This document shows positions 13,101-26,500 of a DNA stretch of 64,000 nucleotides, piece by piece. The DNA comes from Lingula anatina (taxonomy: Eukaryota; Animalia; Brachiopoda). Where the stretch lies: contig CM120644.1 in the NCBI GenBank assembly GCA_051362555.1, positions 5,588,954 to 5,652,953 on the forward strand, read 5' to 3'. Made by a program: the position numbers and the translations under genes. The notes beneath the pieces are model-generated. The model made no database searches. It worked only from the letters and a program-made list of their open reading frames with translations, and was not told where the DNA came from. Each line of letters starts with the position of its first letter. Within the stretch, counting starts at the first letter, position 1.

Positions 13101-13713
13101 GTATTCATCAATAGGTATGGCAAAAAGGTAAAATGAAATAACTTTCTCCGGGGCTTTAAAGATGATATTTAAATGTGTTTGATAGGTGTGGTAGATTAAT
13201 ATTGATGACATTTTGCTTTAATTTGAAAATTGTCTGGAAATTGTCTGGAAAATTGTTTGGACTGCTTTTTATCCAGGCGTAGAGATTATTTTATATGGGA
13301 TAAAATACTATGTTGTTAAAATATATGTTATGTGTAAAATAAACCTAAAATTCCATTTTGAAAAATGATTAAGATTTAGATAAATATGGCAATTCTTTGG
13401 GCAGAATTTCGCACTTTACAGTTTTCATAATTCACAATGAACTTACTCCACGTCCAAGGCTGGACGATTTGCTGATATATAAATTAGATAATAATCAAGC
13501 TTGCTTCCTATAGCCTGTCAGTAATTAAATTTACTCAGTTCTCTTTGTGATACAAACAACAAATCTGTTCTGCTTTACATGAATTCATATCATGACTCTT
13601 TAGGCGCCGAAGAAGAAAATCATCAAGAGAGGAGAGCCTTGGCTTCACCACTAATGACCAGTGGACCAGAGATGAAAGGTATCTTAAAGCTTATATCTTT
13701 CCTGGAGCAGTGA
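10123..13713 (+). CDS. Small secreted single-EGF-domain precursor protein (97 aa, 3 coding exons)
   Basis: Exons 10123-10198, 12558-12665 and 13604-13713 are all GT-AG with matching phase 1/1 junctions. Protein: [97 protein letters not shown]. It has a signal peptide ending AAA|D and a canonical 6-Cys EGF (C..PCLNGGTC...F.C.CP..F.G..C) on a phase 1-1 exon. AATAAA lies at 13891. A candidate acceptor for a 5'UTR intron is at 10058. Confidence 0.8.
12765..13285. repeat. Interspersed repeat in intron of the EGF gene (inverted copy of 4190-4742)
   Basis: Reverse-complement identity with 4190-4742 at both ends and internally (e.g. TTAAATCTAAGATTGTATT-like block). Confidence 0.8.
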
Positions 13714-14760
13714 AGTGTAAGCGAAGAAGACAATGGGCGTATTTTGAATACCAGGATGACCTAGACTTGTCGCTATGTTCAGCGTATCCAAATTACGAGA
13801 TCAACTCGGCTTTACCAGATATTAAAAACAATGTCTTTGCTTTCCATTCAATTGCTTTATCTACTGATGGATACCTTATTCATATTCTGAAATAAATATT
13901 TCATTTGCAAACAGAAAATATACGCCTATGGGTTCCATTTACGAAACGAATTTATTGATTTATTGATACATAATTTAAGATATCAAAACTAATCCTACCC
14001 TTTTAATCAAAACGATAAATAAACAAAGTGCAATTGTATGCAGGACTTGGAGTCAAAACATGTTCCATAGAGAGAAAGAGACAGCAAATATATCTAGCTG
14101 CAGATAATGTGCACATAAATTTATACATTTAACTTTAGCAATTGTTTTGGATATAATATATAATAAGTGATACAATCAAATGACTTACTATCTGTGCCTT
14201 TACTTTAAATAAATAAACTCGGAAAGATGCTGCTATACCAATGCTTATTTTACCTTGGAGAAAAACCATGCAACCAGGGAGTGGAACAGCTAATCATATA
14301 AAGATTATTCATTAATGCAAACATGCTACATTTTTAATAACATGTGCTTTTACGTCAAATTGACCTTACAAGCAATTAAATCATTTACATTTTCAAATTT
14401 AAATCATATTTCCTGTCAAACCATACATTCTTTGCACAGTGTATAATACTGCAAGGTATAAATCTTATTTTTCAATATCGTATATAAAGAAAGCAAGATT
14501 TATCACTTTCTATCCCCAGAGATTTAGAAAAAGTAGACTTAAACATTATTTTTCATTTTTTGTTTTGTTTTGTTTTTTGTTTTCTCCACCTATATTTTGA
14601 GAATGTGTGAAAATGAATTCATTTTCTTGTTGTTTAAATGTCCCGAAACAAATCTAAATACATCTTCACTTTCCTCGATATCATAAATGTTACCTTCTAA
14701 TACATGTGATGTAAAAATTAATAAGTACATGCCTTACTGAGGTTGGCATTGCCACACTGG

Positions 14761-15045
14761 GGTTCAATTAAAAATCTGAAGATTTAAAGAAGTTAAAGTT
14801 AAAAATCTAAAGATTAAAATTAATTCAATTTGAAAATTTAAAGAAGTTCAGTTTAAATATTTAGATCTAAAAAAATTCAAGTTAAAGATGTAAAGATTTA
14901 AAGAACTAAATTAAAATATCTAAAGATAAAAGGAAATACAGTTTAGAGATATATATTTTGAGAAATTCAATTAAAAATATAAAGATTTAAAGGAGTTCAA
15001 TTTAAAGACCTGAAGTTTCAAAGAAGTTTAATTTTAAGATGTTAA
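14761..15045. repeat. Degenerate AT-rich minisatellite, ~30-bp unit (AAAGATTTAAAGAAGTTCAATTAAAAATCT-like), ~9-10 copies
   Basis: Recurrent AAGATTTAAAG.AGTTCAATT motifs at ~30-nt spacing. Confidence 0.7.
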
Positions 15046-16239
15046 AATGTCTATATATGATATGTTGATATTAAAGGTAAGACATAACTAGCTTACAACT
15101 TGGACATAATAAGAGAAGGACATGAAACGCGGGGCAAGATAAAAGGATAATCGGCTTGGCGCGAGCTCTTCACGAAACCATGTGCGTTCGGATCACGTGA
15201 CCTTCCGTGAAGGCAGCGAGCATATCGCGGTTGTTGATGACTTTTTGTGTCATTTGGGCAGGTAGTTTGCGATAAAGTGAGGCAATCATCCGGGTGGATG
15301 AGACAATTAACTTATAGAGATTAAGTATAAGTACAGTTTGTTCTATCAATTTGGAAGCTATATGAGAATTTGATATGTTTGTTCATGGAGGAATTCAAAA
15401 TGCCCTATGTGGTGAAGGCAATCTTGTTTGTTGCCGTTAAATGAGCATTCAAAATTGTATAATTGTAGTATAGCATACTTGTTTTTAGCTATGATCCGAT
15501 AGGAAAATATTTCTAGTGTCGAAAATTTCTCTCTTTGTGTGAAATTAGCCTGAGATGCGACAATAATGACACATTCAATCATGTCTTGAATTAAAATGAC
15601 GCAATTTCTCTCCGATTTCTTAGGCTCGCCGACATTTCTTTTTGTCCGGTATTTTTATGCACCTTTTACATAAAGATGACATCAACACTGCTGAATACTC
15701 TATGTATAGATTCGTGCTACTTGCTAAAATATGCGCGATTTTTGGGATGATATTTTTTTTTTTACTCTCAATATCAGCTCTCGTTGCAATATGGCACCAC
15801 ACACGCATTTGTGACACACAAATACGCACCCGTAATGCATTTTAACATCCTTTTATCAAAGTTGACATCAACACTTTTGTGATCTATAGAAATTATAGTA
15901 CAAATTATGGGCAGACAAAACCCCAGCCTATGTGTTTCCTTGTTTTTTGACAACTCTTTGGGAGAAAAATCATTTTGATCATCAGCTCTACCAAGATGTA
16001 TTATTTAAAAAGTTATGAGTCTTTGCTACAGTCATGATACTTTTGTGGTAATGAGTTATGTTTGATAATAGTAATCGTAATTATATAACTGTAGTTAAGA
16101 ACATCCTGTAGTTGGTTACAATGATAAAATTTGAGCACCCTGATCTTTTAATTGCAGCAACTTTGTCCCCTTCTTTGTCACATGTATACATTATCTTAAA
16201 TGACACAGTAGTCATATTTTGATTATTTTTTATATTTAG

Positions 16240-17655
16240 GTGCAGTTCAGCAAATACAAGTACATTCAGGCTTCTACTTCCTGCATGCCTGGGACAGCAT
16301 TGGATTTTACTTGTTGCAGACGTGCAGAAATGCTCTTTCAGTGTGTTGGACTCCTTGGGCACTCCAAGAGCTCAACAGTTAGAGCAGTACTGGTTGTAAG
16401 TACAAGATATGAAGTGTGCATTTTTACGTACTCTAGCTCACTTTTAGCCCTATTGTCACGCAAATGTGAATTGTGCACACAGTTGTCAATCTTATTGCCA
16501 ACATTTCCAAATATGTCTTTCATGCTCTCTTTCCTATATGAGTGAAAGTAGTAGAACAACAATTAATATGCTCCTTCGTTGTTCACAACCCCAAGTGTAT
16601 GTATCCAACATATAATTAATTATGTGTCACAGTAAATGCCACTTGCCATGACCTTTACTTTTTGTCAATACCAAGGATAACAATAGTTTGTGTAAATAAA
16701 ATATTTTTGACTCACCTTTGTTTAAAATGTTTACATTGGGAGCATTTTTCAGTTTGGAAAAGTCATTGGAAAAGTGTTGATAATTTAGACTGATGCTATC
16801 TGCTAAAATGCTATGCTGATGCTATCCCTTTGTTTATCATATTTTGTTTTTCAAGGAAGTTTTGGGATATCAGGCGAAAAAAGTGTCAAGAGATATCACA
16901 GAAGACTGGGTTTCTGCTGGTATGAAGTCTAGCAAGCAAGTAGGATGCAGTGATTATGGAGTGTTTGTTCTGATGGTAAGTTATGCTCCTCAATATAATC
17001 ATATTCATCCAGTATCTATCTATCTATCTATCATAATGGTAATTAAGAGTTATATGCTTCAAGTAAATAGATTTATATTGAGTGAGACTTCCATCTTTTT
17101 CCATATGTGAGGAAATGTGTAAAATTATTTTTATTGATTAATTGTATTGCAAAATATAGTGGCAATAAGGACACGAAAGAAAATTTTCTCTGGGTTGATT
17201 GCAACTTTACCAGACCTACTAGTTCTTACAGGTACTTGTCCTAAATCTTCCGACTATCAAAGAAGAATCCACTTGTTCAAATAGCAATTCATAAGTTGAT
17301 GAAAAGTAGAATGAGCTAGGGCTACAATCTCATCACCATTGTCTGGACATCATCTTAAACCATACTTGCTTGTAACATTTTTGTTTTTTATTATTCCAGA
17401 ATGCAGAAACAATTCTTAAGGGAGCAGATTTGACTTCAATCAACTAATCCCTCTGCCAGCCCTTTAGGACTTATGTGAAGACCCGACTATTGCGAGATGC
17501 AAGGAAAAGTGAGGAAAGCACAGGTGACATTCCGTTTTGCAAAAAAAGATAATTACCACAAATGGATACAATGCAATGTCTGTGCTTCTTGGTGTCACAC
17601 AGTGTGTGCTAACATAAAGTTCACCTGTTTTCGTGTGCCCTATGTGCATTAGGAA
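16240..17655 (+). pseudogene. Decayed spliced gene encoding a Ulp1/SENP (C48) protease domain plus C-terminal PHD finger, probably a DNA-transposon accessory gene
   Basis: Exon 16240-16395 reads ..LLLPACLGQHWILLVADVQKCSFSVLDSLG.. (HW/DS motifs). Exon 16856-16975 reads ..KSSKQVGCSDYGVFVLM (Q..xSDCGVF with the catalytic Cys changed to Tyr). The exon from 17400 reads NAETILKG..KWIQCNVCASWCHTVCANI../PVFVCPMC (PHD). GT-AG sites are present and several frameshifts occur. Confidence 0.75.
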
Positions 17656-18391
17656 ATTGGTCATTATAATAAGAATAACTCTTAAAGGTACATACGAACC
17701 GAGCATCGGTGGAGTGTGGATTCCGAGTAACACATGTAAACCACTTCTACTAGATTCTTATATGACTCAAATAAATTCGACATGCCAAGGGATAAACTGA
17801 ATAGATCACTCGATCAGCCATAAAAGACCTTTAGACTGCTCCTTTCTTTAAATTTATGGTTGTAAATTTAACCTACTTCCGTGACCTACTTTCCTGCCCC
17901 ATTGACATACAGCTTAGAATGCCAGCAGAAAAATCTGTTCAAACATCATTTTCGGGTAAAATTAAACAATGCCTTTTGGTAATTCTCTTAGTTATACTAC
18001 TTGAAACTATATGCTGGCATTTGGTTGGTTTTTTTGACAAAAAATTGACTTTGTATGCATCTTTAATAATATTTATGAACAAAATTGAACACATGACCAT
18101 TTATTTTGCTAACAATTATTTTTGTTGGTAATTGACAGTTTTGAAATGTAAGCCACCTAGAATTGCAGCAACAACAGACAGAACTTGTATCTATGCCACT
18201 GTACATAGTGAGATCCACCACAATTTTATTTCTAAGAATCCAAGTCTTTGGGTTTTTTTAATTTCATAGTAAAGACAGTTACATATTCAATGGAATTCCA
18301 TATTGAGTCTTAGGTATAAAATGCAAGTGGAGTTGGAAACCCAGCCCAATTAGTTTCTTATGGATTTGATTCTAAAATTCTGTTAAAACTA

Positions 18392-18426
<35 letters not shown>

Positions 18427-20755
18427 GTTGATTACTTGTTGTATTTGTTCTTTATTTTCACATTACCAAATAAACATTTTTTTGTATTTTGTATTATATA
18501 CTGCGTTCTTTTTTAAGTATGCTAGACATTAGCACAATTTAAAATTTCTAGAAAACCACATGGGAATGCCCTGAGTGTTAGGACACTATAAAGCTAGCTT
18601 GTTTACTATACCTTTTCATGTGTTAGCTTTACGGTGTTTTGTTGATGTGTGCTATATATGAAATCAAGATCGAGTTGGCAATACCTAAATTTGGAACCTG
18701 GGGTACATGGAAATAGTGCCATCATAATCTTTAAAAATGTTAAAAAAGAAGAAATATTACGATTACATTTAAGGATGTTTTAACATCGTCTTCTGGGAAC
18801 AAAAGTCTAAAACCTTTTCTGAAATGTAAATTTATCCTAAACATTGTTTTAAAAGGGTTGAAAACTGTACAAAAATGTGTGCAAAATTAAGATAACATTT
18901 ATGAAAACATTTGAATGATGGCTGAAAAGAATTTTTGTTTTTGCTGATTTTGGCCACATTTTGTCATGTTGTAATATGTGTCAAAAAGATGTTTGGTCTA
19001 TCTTTGGTTTGGCCTTTGCCCTTGCTTTGATATCTGGGTTTAATTAGAAGTTATTATTACTATTTATATTTTAAATATATATGAACATTTATCATTCATG
19101 TTTTGATATAGCAATGAGAAATATAACATTAAATTGAGTTTGATTTTTTACAGTAAATTAACTATAGCTAAATGAAGGTTCTGGTTCGTAAATACACTAC
19201 TTATGAAAAAAATTCCAAGAAATTGTACAGAGCAATTTCAATAACTTTCATTTTTAATCCTTTCACTCGGAGCCTTCTTAGTGGTTAGTTCTTTGAATGG
19301 AAAAAAAATTAACATCAAGAAAAAGCTTTTTTTTTTGCTGAGGATAATATTGTTTGTTTACATGTAAAATATGAAGACAAGTTCATTTGATATTGCAATG
19401 ATTACATAAAACATGACAAGTGCCTGTGTATTGGACATGAAATGACTAGTTTTATATTGGTGGACAAAAAAATCATATAACATATATGATCTCAAAAATT
19501 CATCCAAGTGTCAATTTGGCACTAGAACTGAAAGGAAAAACATTAAATTACATTTAATTGCGACTTTTGTCTTTATCAATAAATACTTCTTAACTGCTTA
19601 AAATATCTATTTTTCAAATATTTTCCTGAAGTTGGCATGGAAGTCAACTGAAAATTATTTAATGGATTTCTTAAATATCAACAATCTGTTGACTCACAAG
19701 GCTACCCAGGTATGTCGATTAATAGTTCTCTCGTCTTAATTGTTTTAGGATCTGGTTGTTGTCTTAAATTTACCGCAGTAAACTACTTCGGCAAGACAGG
19801 CCAAAATATTATTTACATAAAGTAAAGAAAAATGCATAAATAGTAGCTAAACAAAATTATTTATACTTTACACTAACAGATAAACTTGACCCACAATACA
19901 AAGGACCAAATTTGAACGATGTCATCTAGGTTCTTACAACAGCTGTAGTACCTGTAGGGCCTAACTGGTGTATCCTGAGAACAATAACCAGGCAAGGTGT
20001 GATATATATATGGGGATCGCTACTGTACAGTATACATCCAAATTGCGTAATAAAACCTGAGAGCAATGGCCAGGTAAGCAGCATGACCAGTGCGGCACGA
20101 CGGTTTATTCACGACGACGGTTTATTCATGGACTGCTGATGTCTTAGACTGTTAATTCACCGTACTTTTATATAGTATGATCAAACTATCAGACTTCCCT
20201 GTTGCACGTTGGAGCTGGATTGTTCTTGCGCCACTGCTAGATATGTTCCATTATTCTGTTGTTTATATAAACCTTTTCTTTTCTTTTAAAATATTTTCAT
20301 CTCATTACCCATTGTGCGCTGTGAAAAATGGTTGATTCTTTCACTCAGCAGAATATTTTTAAAGCAATTTGTCTACTCATAACTATGGCATGGCGTTTTT
20401 TTTTTCTCGTTGTTATTTAAAAATGGACGTTAGTTGTCGAGGTTTAATGCTTAGCTCTCATCGCGTTGTATATATGTGTATGTATTTGTATGTGCACCTA
20501 AATGATAAGATGCCAGTTTTATACTTGGCTACAGAACAGGCCCTGATAAAGAACACCATGCGTTTTTCTTGTGAGAAAATGAGGCAATATTAATGTCGGC
20601 AGATGTCGTTATAATGACTGGCCAATCACGATTGACATAATTACTAAATTAAAAAAAAATTGGAATAAAACAACTCAACTACAGACATGGACAATTCGTG
20701 ATTAGGAGACATTTGCTGCTTACCCCTGAAAAATTCTTTTTGGGCTTGGAAAAAA

Positions 20756-20995
20756 ACCGATGGAGTTGACCTTTCAATGTATGCTAGTGCAGTATTAGAA
20801 ATATTTTACTCTTTCTCAGAGTGCAGAAGGGAAATTTAGCCAATTCCATATTTTAGAATCGCACAAACACCAATTCCAACTGGAGTTGAATTATCACATT
20901 ATTTTCAAACTGTCTTTTTAATTGTGACTTCTTCCTGTTGTGCATTCATTTCAAATACTGCACTAGCATACATTGAAAGTCCATTTACCATCAGT
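20756..20995. mobile_element. MITE-like element with ~26-bp perfect inverted repeat
   Basis: CTTTCAATGTATGCTAGTGCAGTATT (20771-20796) versus AATACTGCACTAGCATACATTGAAAG (20954-20979). Imperfect extension outward; TSD not resolved. Confidence 0.6.
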
Positions 20996-21244
20996 ACACA
21001 GACAATGTCTACAGTTTGTTGGAAAAATCAAATGATATTTGACACCCTTTTATTTTTTAAGTAAAACAATATGGAGTACAATTAATGTAGTATGCAGGTG
21101 TTCGTTATTCTGTAATTAATTAACATCCAGTTTCTTCTCATTCTCATTATGCAGTCCGTGAGCTAGAGGACATGGATGATATACTCCAATGCCTACATTC
21201 ATCCGTTTACTTTTTTGACACTTATAATTAGAGTTCTGCTGATA

Positions 21245-23483
21245 TCAGAGCTTTAAGTGTTTCCCCTGCTGACAATACGACTCAATAACTCTGATCCCTT
21301 CCTTTTTCTTATGTTGATAGCGTTGAAGCCAGTGGTGGAGTAGAAGATTATAGTATCTGGAAGAGATTTAAGGCGTGTACATTAAACAAGTGAATGGAAC
21401 AAACAAATGAGCAAAGGAAATAACATACTACTACAAGTTGATATCTTTAAAAACGCAAAAAAATATCCGCCATAGGAACAAAGGTTCAACGAACAGATCA
21501 CATACCTCTACTTCATAAATAAATGAAACTCTAATTTAGTTGTCTTGGGATGTCATCAATATGCAATTTTTTTTTCTGAGCCACAACGCAATTCCAAGAA
21601 GTCCTGGATATAGTGTTCGTATTAAATAATATAGTTATTATTTTAATAAGATTAAACGTGCCTTCCATAGCCCACTATAACATTTATCGTACACACATAT
21701 TCCTACCTGGGTTCCTTGAAGAATTTGTGATATTTCTTGGTGTCTGATGTAGGATATATTCTTTCAAATCCGCCTTTTCGGTTGTTTTCGTCCAAGGAGT
21801 TAATTAAAATTCTCACGTCACCCGGTGTCAGTTCATCCAGTATTGCTTGTTGCTGAATCTGTAAACAGAAGTCAATAAATAAATGTAATTGCATGTATTT
21901 GAATGGCTTCTTACAGAGAAGGCTAGTGAAACATTTTATTTACTTCCGGGGCTATTTAATTGATACCTTTTGCATTGCACATATATTTTATAAAAATATC
22001 AAGTCAATTACAATTAATTTACTTCTTGATCTTCTGATTTGAAGTTTCCAAGAACCAGAAGTTGCTCTCGTTAAAAAACGCAAAATATACCTCATCTTTC
22101 ATCTCAATGAATTTTTCTTGTTTTTCTTTTTCTTCATCAGTCAGAGGTTGTGTCCACAGTCTTGAGTCCATAACAAGATGTTTGGGCACAATTTCCTCGC
22201 TAAAGTAGAGCGTGAACTTTATTCAGATCATATTATTTAGATCAGAGTAAAGTGTTCGCACTTTGAGTGTGTACGATTTACTTGGTCAAAGAGGTTGGCC
22301 CATCTTCAATGTCACGTGCTATTTTTATTTACAAATGATCACATTATATAGAGACTTTACATCTTTTTAATAGTGCTTTTTATTCCAGATACTATATCTA
22401 ATACGACTTAAGGTAGAGCAAAGGGAAAACTATAAGTGAAGATATCCATATTTAATACTTTGAATCAAATTAAAAACATGCACCTCCTCAAATACATGTA
22501 TGATTTTGCGTCATGTTTCCCAGAGATGTAAAGAAAGACCATGAAATGGAAAAGACACCGTTGAATGCAGTCACCAAATTCCAGTTAACATCGGATTTCA
22601 GGTCCCAAATCTATAAATGCTTACTGTATACATCACTATCTCACACGTATTAATAACTGCAAACTGCAGGTTCTCTCACGAGTCCATTCGGCATATATAC
22701 CGGTTTAGTTTAATGCAGTACTAGTAGTTGAAGCTTTTTTTAAATTATTCTACACTGAGTGAGCATGGCAACTAATAATCACCCCCCCCCCCCCCCCCTT
22801 AATCTCTTTACTGGGCCTTAATGCCCCCCTCGTTACTGGTAGAGGGAGAACAGAATTAATAAAAAAACTTGGAATCTCCAAAAGCCCTAAAGTGCAGTTC
22901 CCGTATCAAATTAAGTAGCAACAGGGAGGAACTCGGGTGAATGCCGGTCAAAACTTCCCGCGTTGTTCGCAGTCAGTAATGCGATGCTCGCTATACATTT
23001 TTTGGCAATCGGACCATGAAATCGCGGTTTAAGTTACTAGTTTGGCGATTGAATTCACTAATCCTCGGCTACGATGCAAATATTTGTCTGTAAGGCTTGT
23101 CACCATCCCGACCACCTAGTTATTGAAAATGACACGTTCAAATACTATCAGTCGCCATTACCTTTCTCCTTGTGGCTTGTCCCCGTCGTCGTCTGGTATC
23201 TGAAGACCGACCAGGTTTAACATATACACCAGCAGAGGATGGTGCACTTCTTTTAGGCCTTCTTTTGTTATTCTATAATAAATTATTTTCATCATTTTAT
23301 TTTCAATTACTCCAGTAATTACTGCTGTGATAACAATTAAAGTTCGTGTTTTGGAAAGGTCAAAATTTATATAAGATAGTAAAATAAAAAGATATCAAAA
23401 AGTGACAATAGGAGAAAGGGTATTTATTTATTTATACAGCCATTCACTTATTTCATATTTTTGCAGACGTATTGTTCATTCAA

Positions 23484-23545
<62 letters not shown>

Positions 23546-26500
23546 GAAACAAACAAAAAAAAACAATCTGATTTTATTCACTTACCTTGGCAAAACGTTC
23601 ACTTCCATAAGCCATGGCTCCAAATTGTCATCAATGAAGAAATCGTATCCAAACAATTCGAAGACGCTGTGTCTGTTCTTTACGTAGGAAGTCGTACCTG
23701 CTTGCATGAATTCTTCCCCGCTGAAAGTTTTTTTTTTATATGTTTTAAATAAACAGGAAGCACTGATGCAAATGAAGCCATTTAGGTTTATTATAATTAT
23801 TATTTCAATATTGACAGTCTGGTTATGAACCAATTTTTTCATCTGATCATCGTTTATGGTTTTGTTTATTTGTTCGTGTATTCATTTTCACCGTTTTTAT
23901 TTTCTTACTTCGTATCTCTCACCTTATTATGGACTTGATTACGATATCTTTAATTTTATCCCAAATTGGCTGCCGTTCCACACCATAATGTTCCTTTACA
24001 TGCTTCCAAAAGAACGCTAGTGGTCTAATAAGGAATGGATAATGACATGATAAAGGAGAACATATTAAATAATTATTATTAGTTTTCAAATTGAGAAAGT
24101 CAACAGACAAGTATATTGTTTCATTGGATCAATAAGGTCGTCTTGAGTAAAAGTAAGATTAAAAACACCATTTGTAAAAAGGGAAACTGTAAATGGTGTA
24201 CAGGTGGAGCACCGCTGAGATGGTGACCGTGCTTATGACTATGCATGTGACACCATTTAATAGTATTGGAATTGTTAAACTTTAATAGCTGGTGTAAATA
24301 AACCAATAAACAGATAAAAGGCACCTACGGTCTAAGTTTATTTATCTTGTTGGGGGTAAAGTTAGAATTCATCCTGTTAACAGCGAGGTTAGTTAAATGT
24401 ATGTCTCTCTTTTCGAATTTGTCCATAGAGTACCTGAAAAAATATATCAAACATGAACTGCAGATGTATAGGCTTTTTTATTTAACACATTGCGATAGTC
24501 CAACTTTTTATATCCAGAAGGCATTATTTGTGTCATTACTGTATTTTAAACACTTATGGACACCAGTTAACATCACATGTGAATACCGTAGATGAAAGGA
24601 AAAGAGAAGGGGAAGAGTGAGAATGTTTAAATGCCTTTTTTTCACAATACTCCTTAATTATCAAAAACATTAATAAAATGGTAGTAGTGGTTCTTCACGC
24701 CAGTTCCCTTGATGAAACCAACCAATATACTGGTAGTAATAACTCACTTCTCCATCGCTATTCTGACTTCACCCTCGGGGAAGATGTATATCCTAAGTGG
24801 GTCTATACTACCCACTAACACGTATATCCTTAGGTCCATCTTAGCCCCGTCTATCAACAAGGGGTTGGGAAGGTATCTAAATGACCAGATGTTTTGCAAT
24901 TTTAGATAGTTGTGTACTTCCTGAAAATCTACAACATAGTTCTCTAGACGCATGTTTTGCATTCTATAATTAATTATGATCACATTTTAATCGCACTGAA
25001 GTTACATTTTCATCTGTTTCATCTCAATGAAATTACGTTATGAAAGTATATATGTTAATTCCACGAGGGCGCTTCAGTTTAGTTTGGTTTCACTCAGACT
25101 GCCTCATGGTTTGCTTACTTACCTGTGTGTGTCTGTCTCTCCATCCGTTTTCCTAATTGTTGTTTTTGTTACGTATCCGTCTTTCTGCCTGTCTGTAATG
25201 TTGCCTACCTGTCTGCAAGTCTGCCTGTCTGTCTGTTAGTCTGTCTGCCTGTCTGACTTAAGTCTGTGATTCTGTCTGTAACTCTATCTGCCCGCCTGTC
25301 TGTGATTCTGTCTGCTTCTCTAAAAATCTGTCTTGCCTGTCAGCTTGCATGTCTCTACGTCTACCTGTCTCTACCTTCCTTCATTCCTTCCTTTCTTCCT
25401 GCCTTCCTAACAACATGTCTATGTTGGCTTGCCAGTCTGTCGGTGTACCTCTGTCTGTGTGTCTGTCTGTGTGTATATATGTCTATCCAACAACTTTTGG
25501 GTCTCCCCTCAGTTTAATTATTACACGCAAGCAAATATAACGGGTTTTCTTGTCAAATTTCCACACCTACCTCTGTACGACAGCCTCCTCGGGAATTTCT
25601 TCCAAGTCCGTTAAAATACTCACTCCCTGTCCTCCTGATAAACACGCCTACGGATAGACCACAACATATCACGTACCATAAGTTATACGTACATTCTCAT
25701 CACGCCAAAATATAATGAGACGGCGACTTACCCGGTACAAGGTATCAGGTTACCAAATCTCTGTCACGGTATTTTTCTTAATTATTATCTAGATTTGTTA
25801 AACGAAACGTCGCTAGTGTATGAAAATGTGACACCCAGTGTCAAATTTCGCAAAAGGAGGTGATAATGATAAAGAGATTACATTCACAGGATAATAATAA
25901 TAATAATAATAACTAGACTGCAACTGGCTGAAGCCAGTGGCGGAGGATTCCCCTGCAAAATAGGTGTGAAAATGCTCTTACAAGGTCATGTGAAGGTCAT
26001 GGGTTAAATTTAACCCAATATTCTGAAAGAGCATGTGCGAATTGGGGGGGGGGGTCAACAAAACATCACTTTTAGCCCACTTCAATATTTCTCCATTAAA
26101 TAGCCAAATGACCTTGAAAATGAGGGTCAAAGTCAAATTTGACATTTGATTTGGGGGTTTTGGGTATATGTTTGGGGTAGTTTACTATAGCATGCTATGA
26201 CCAAAAACCAATGTTTCATGGAGAAACTGCCAAACTCAAGATTTCTGCAATGTCATAAATATTTAAAAATCTATATTAAAAAAAGTAATTAAGCAGTCGC
26301 TACCACAGTACGGCTAATCTTAGATAAATATATAGGGCATCATTTGCCACTATGATCGGGGCTCTGGGATATTCGGTTTTTGAGATCTCGGAAACAAACC
26401 TATTTTGAGTCCGTTTGGCCATTAGCGACCTTGACCTTGACCTACTTGCATAAAAGTAGGTCATTATATGTGGATTCACCTCAGTATCACTGACCATAAG

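Noticed and set aside
13602-13895. ~97-codon open frame (RRRRKSSREE...HILK) including track ORF 13710-13895
   Set aside because: The phase of the upstream EGF exon selects the alternative frame ending at TGA 13713. The remainder looks like 3'UTR ending at AATAAA 13891.
14761-15045. Periodic ~30-bp repeats as a possible CRISPR array
   Set aside because: Tandem degenerate units without unique spacers, in eukaryotic context with no cas genes.
21245-21260. C-terminal -HLKL of copy 1 as a PTS1 or ER-retention signal
   Set aside because: Poor match to SKL or KDEL consensus and not conserved in copy 2 (-HLNP).
25027-25614. Hydrophobic Leu/Ser/Val/Cys-rich ORFs resembling membrane proteins
   Set aside because: They derive from a degenerate (CTGT)n low-complexity tract in intron 6 of copy 1; the homologous tract is at 37660-37715 in copy 2.
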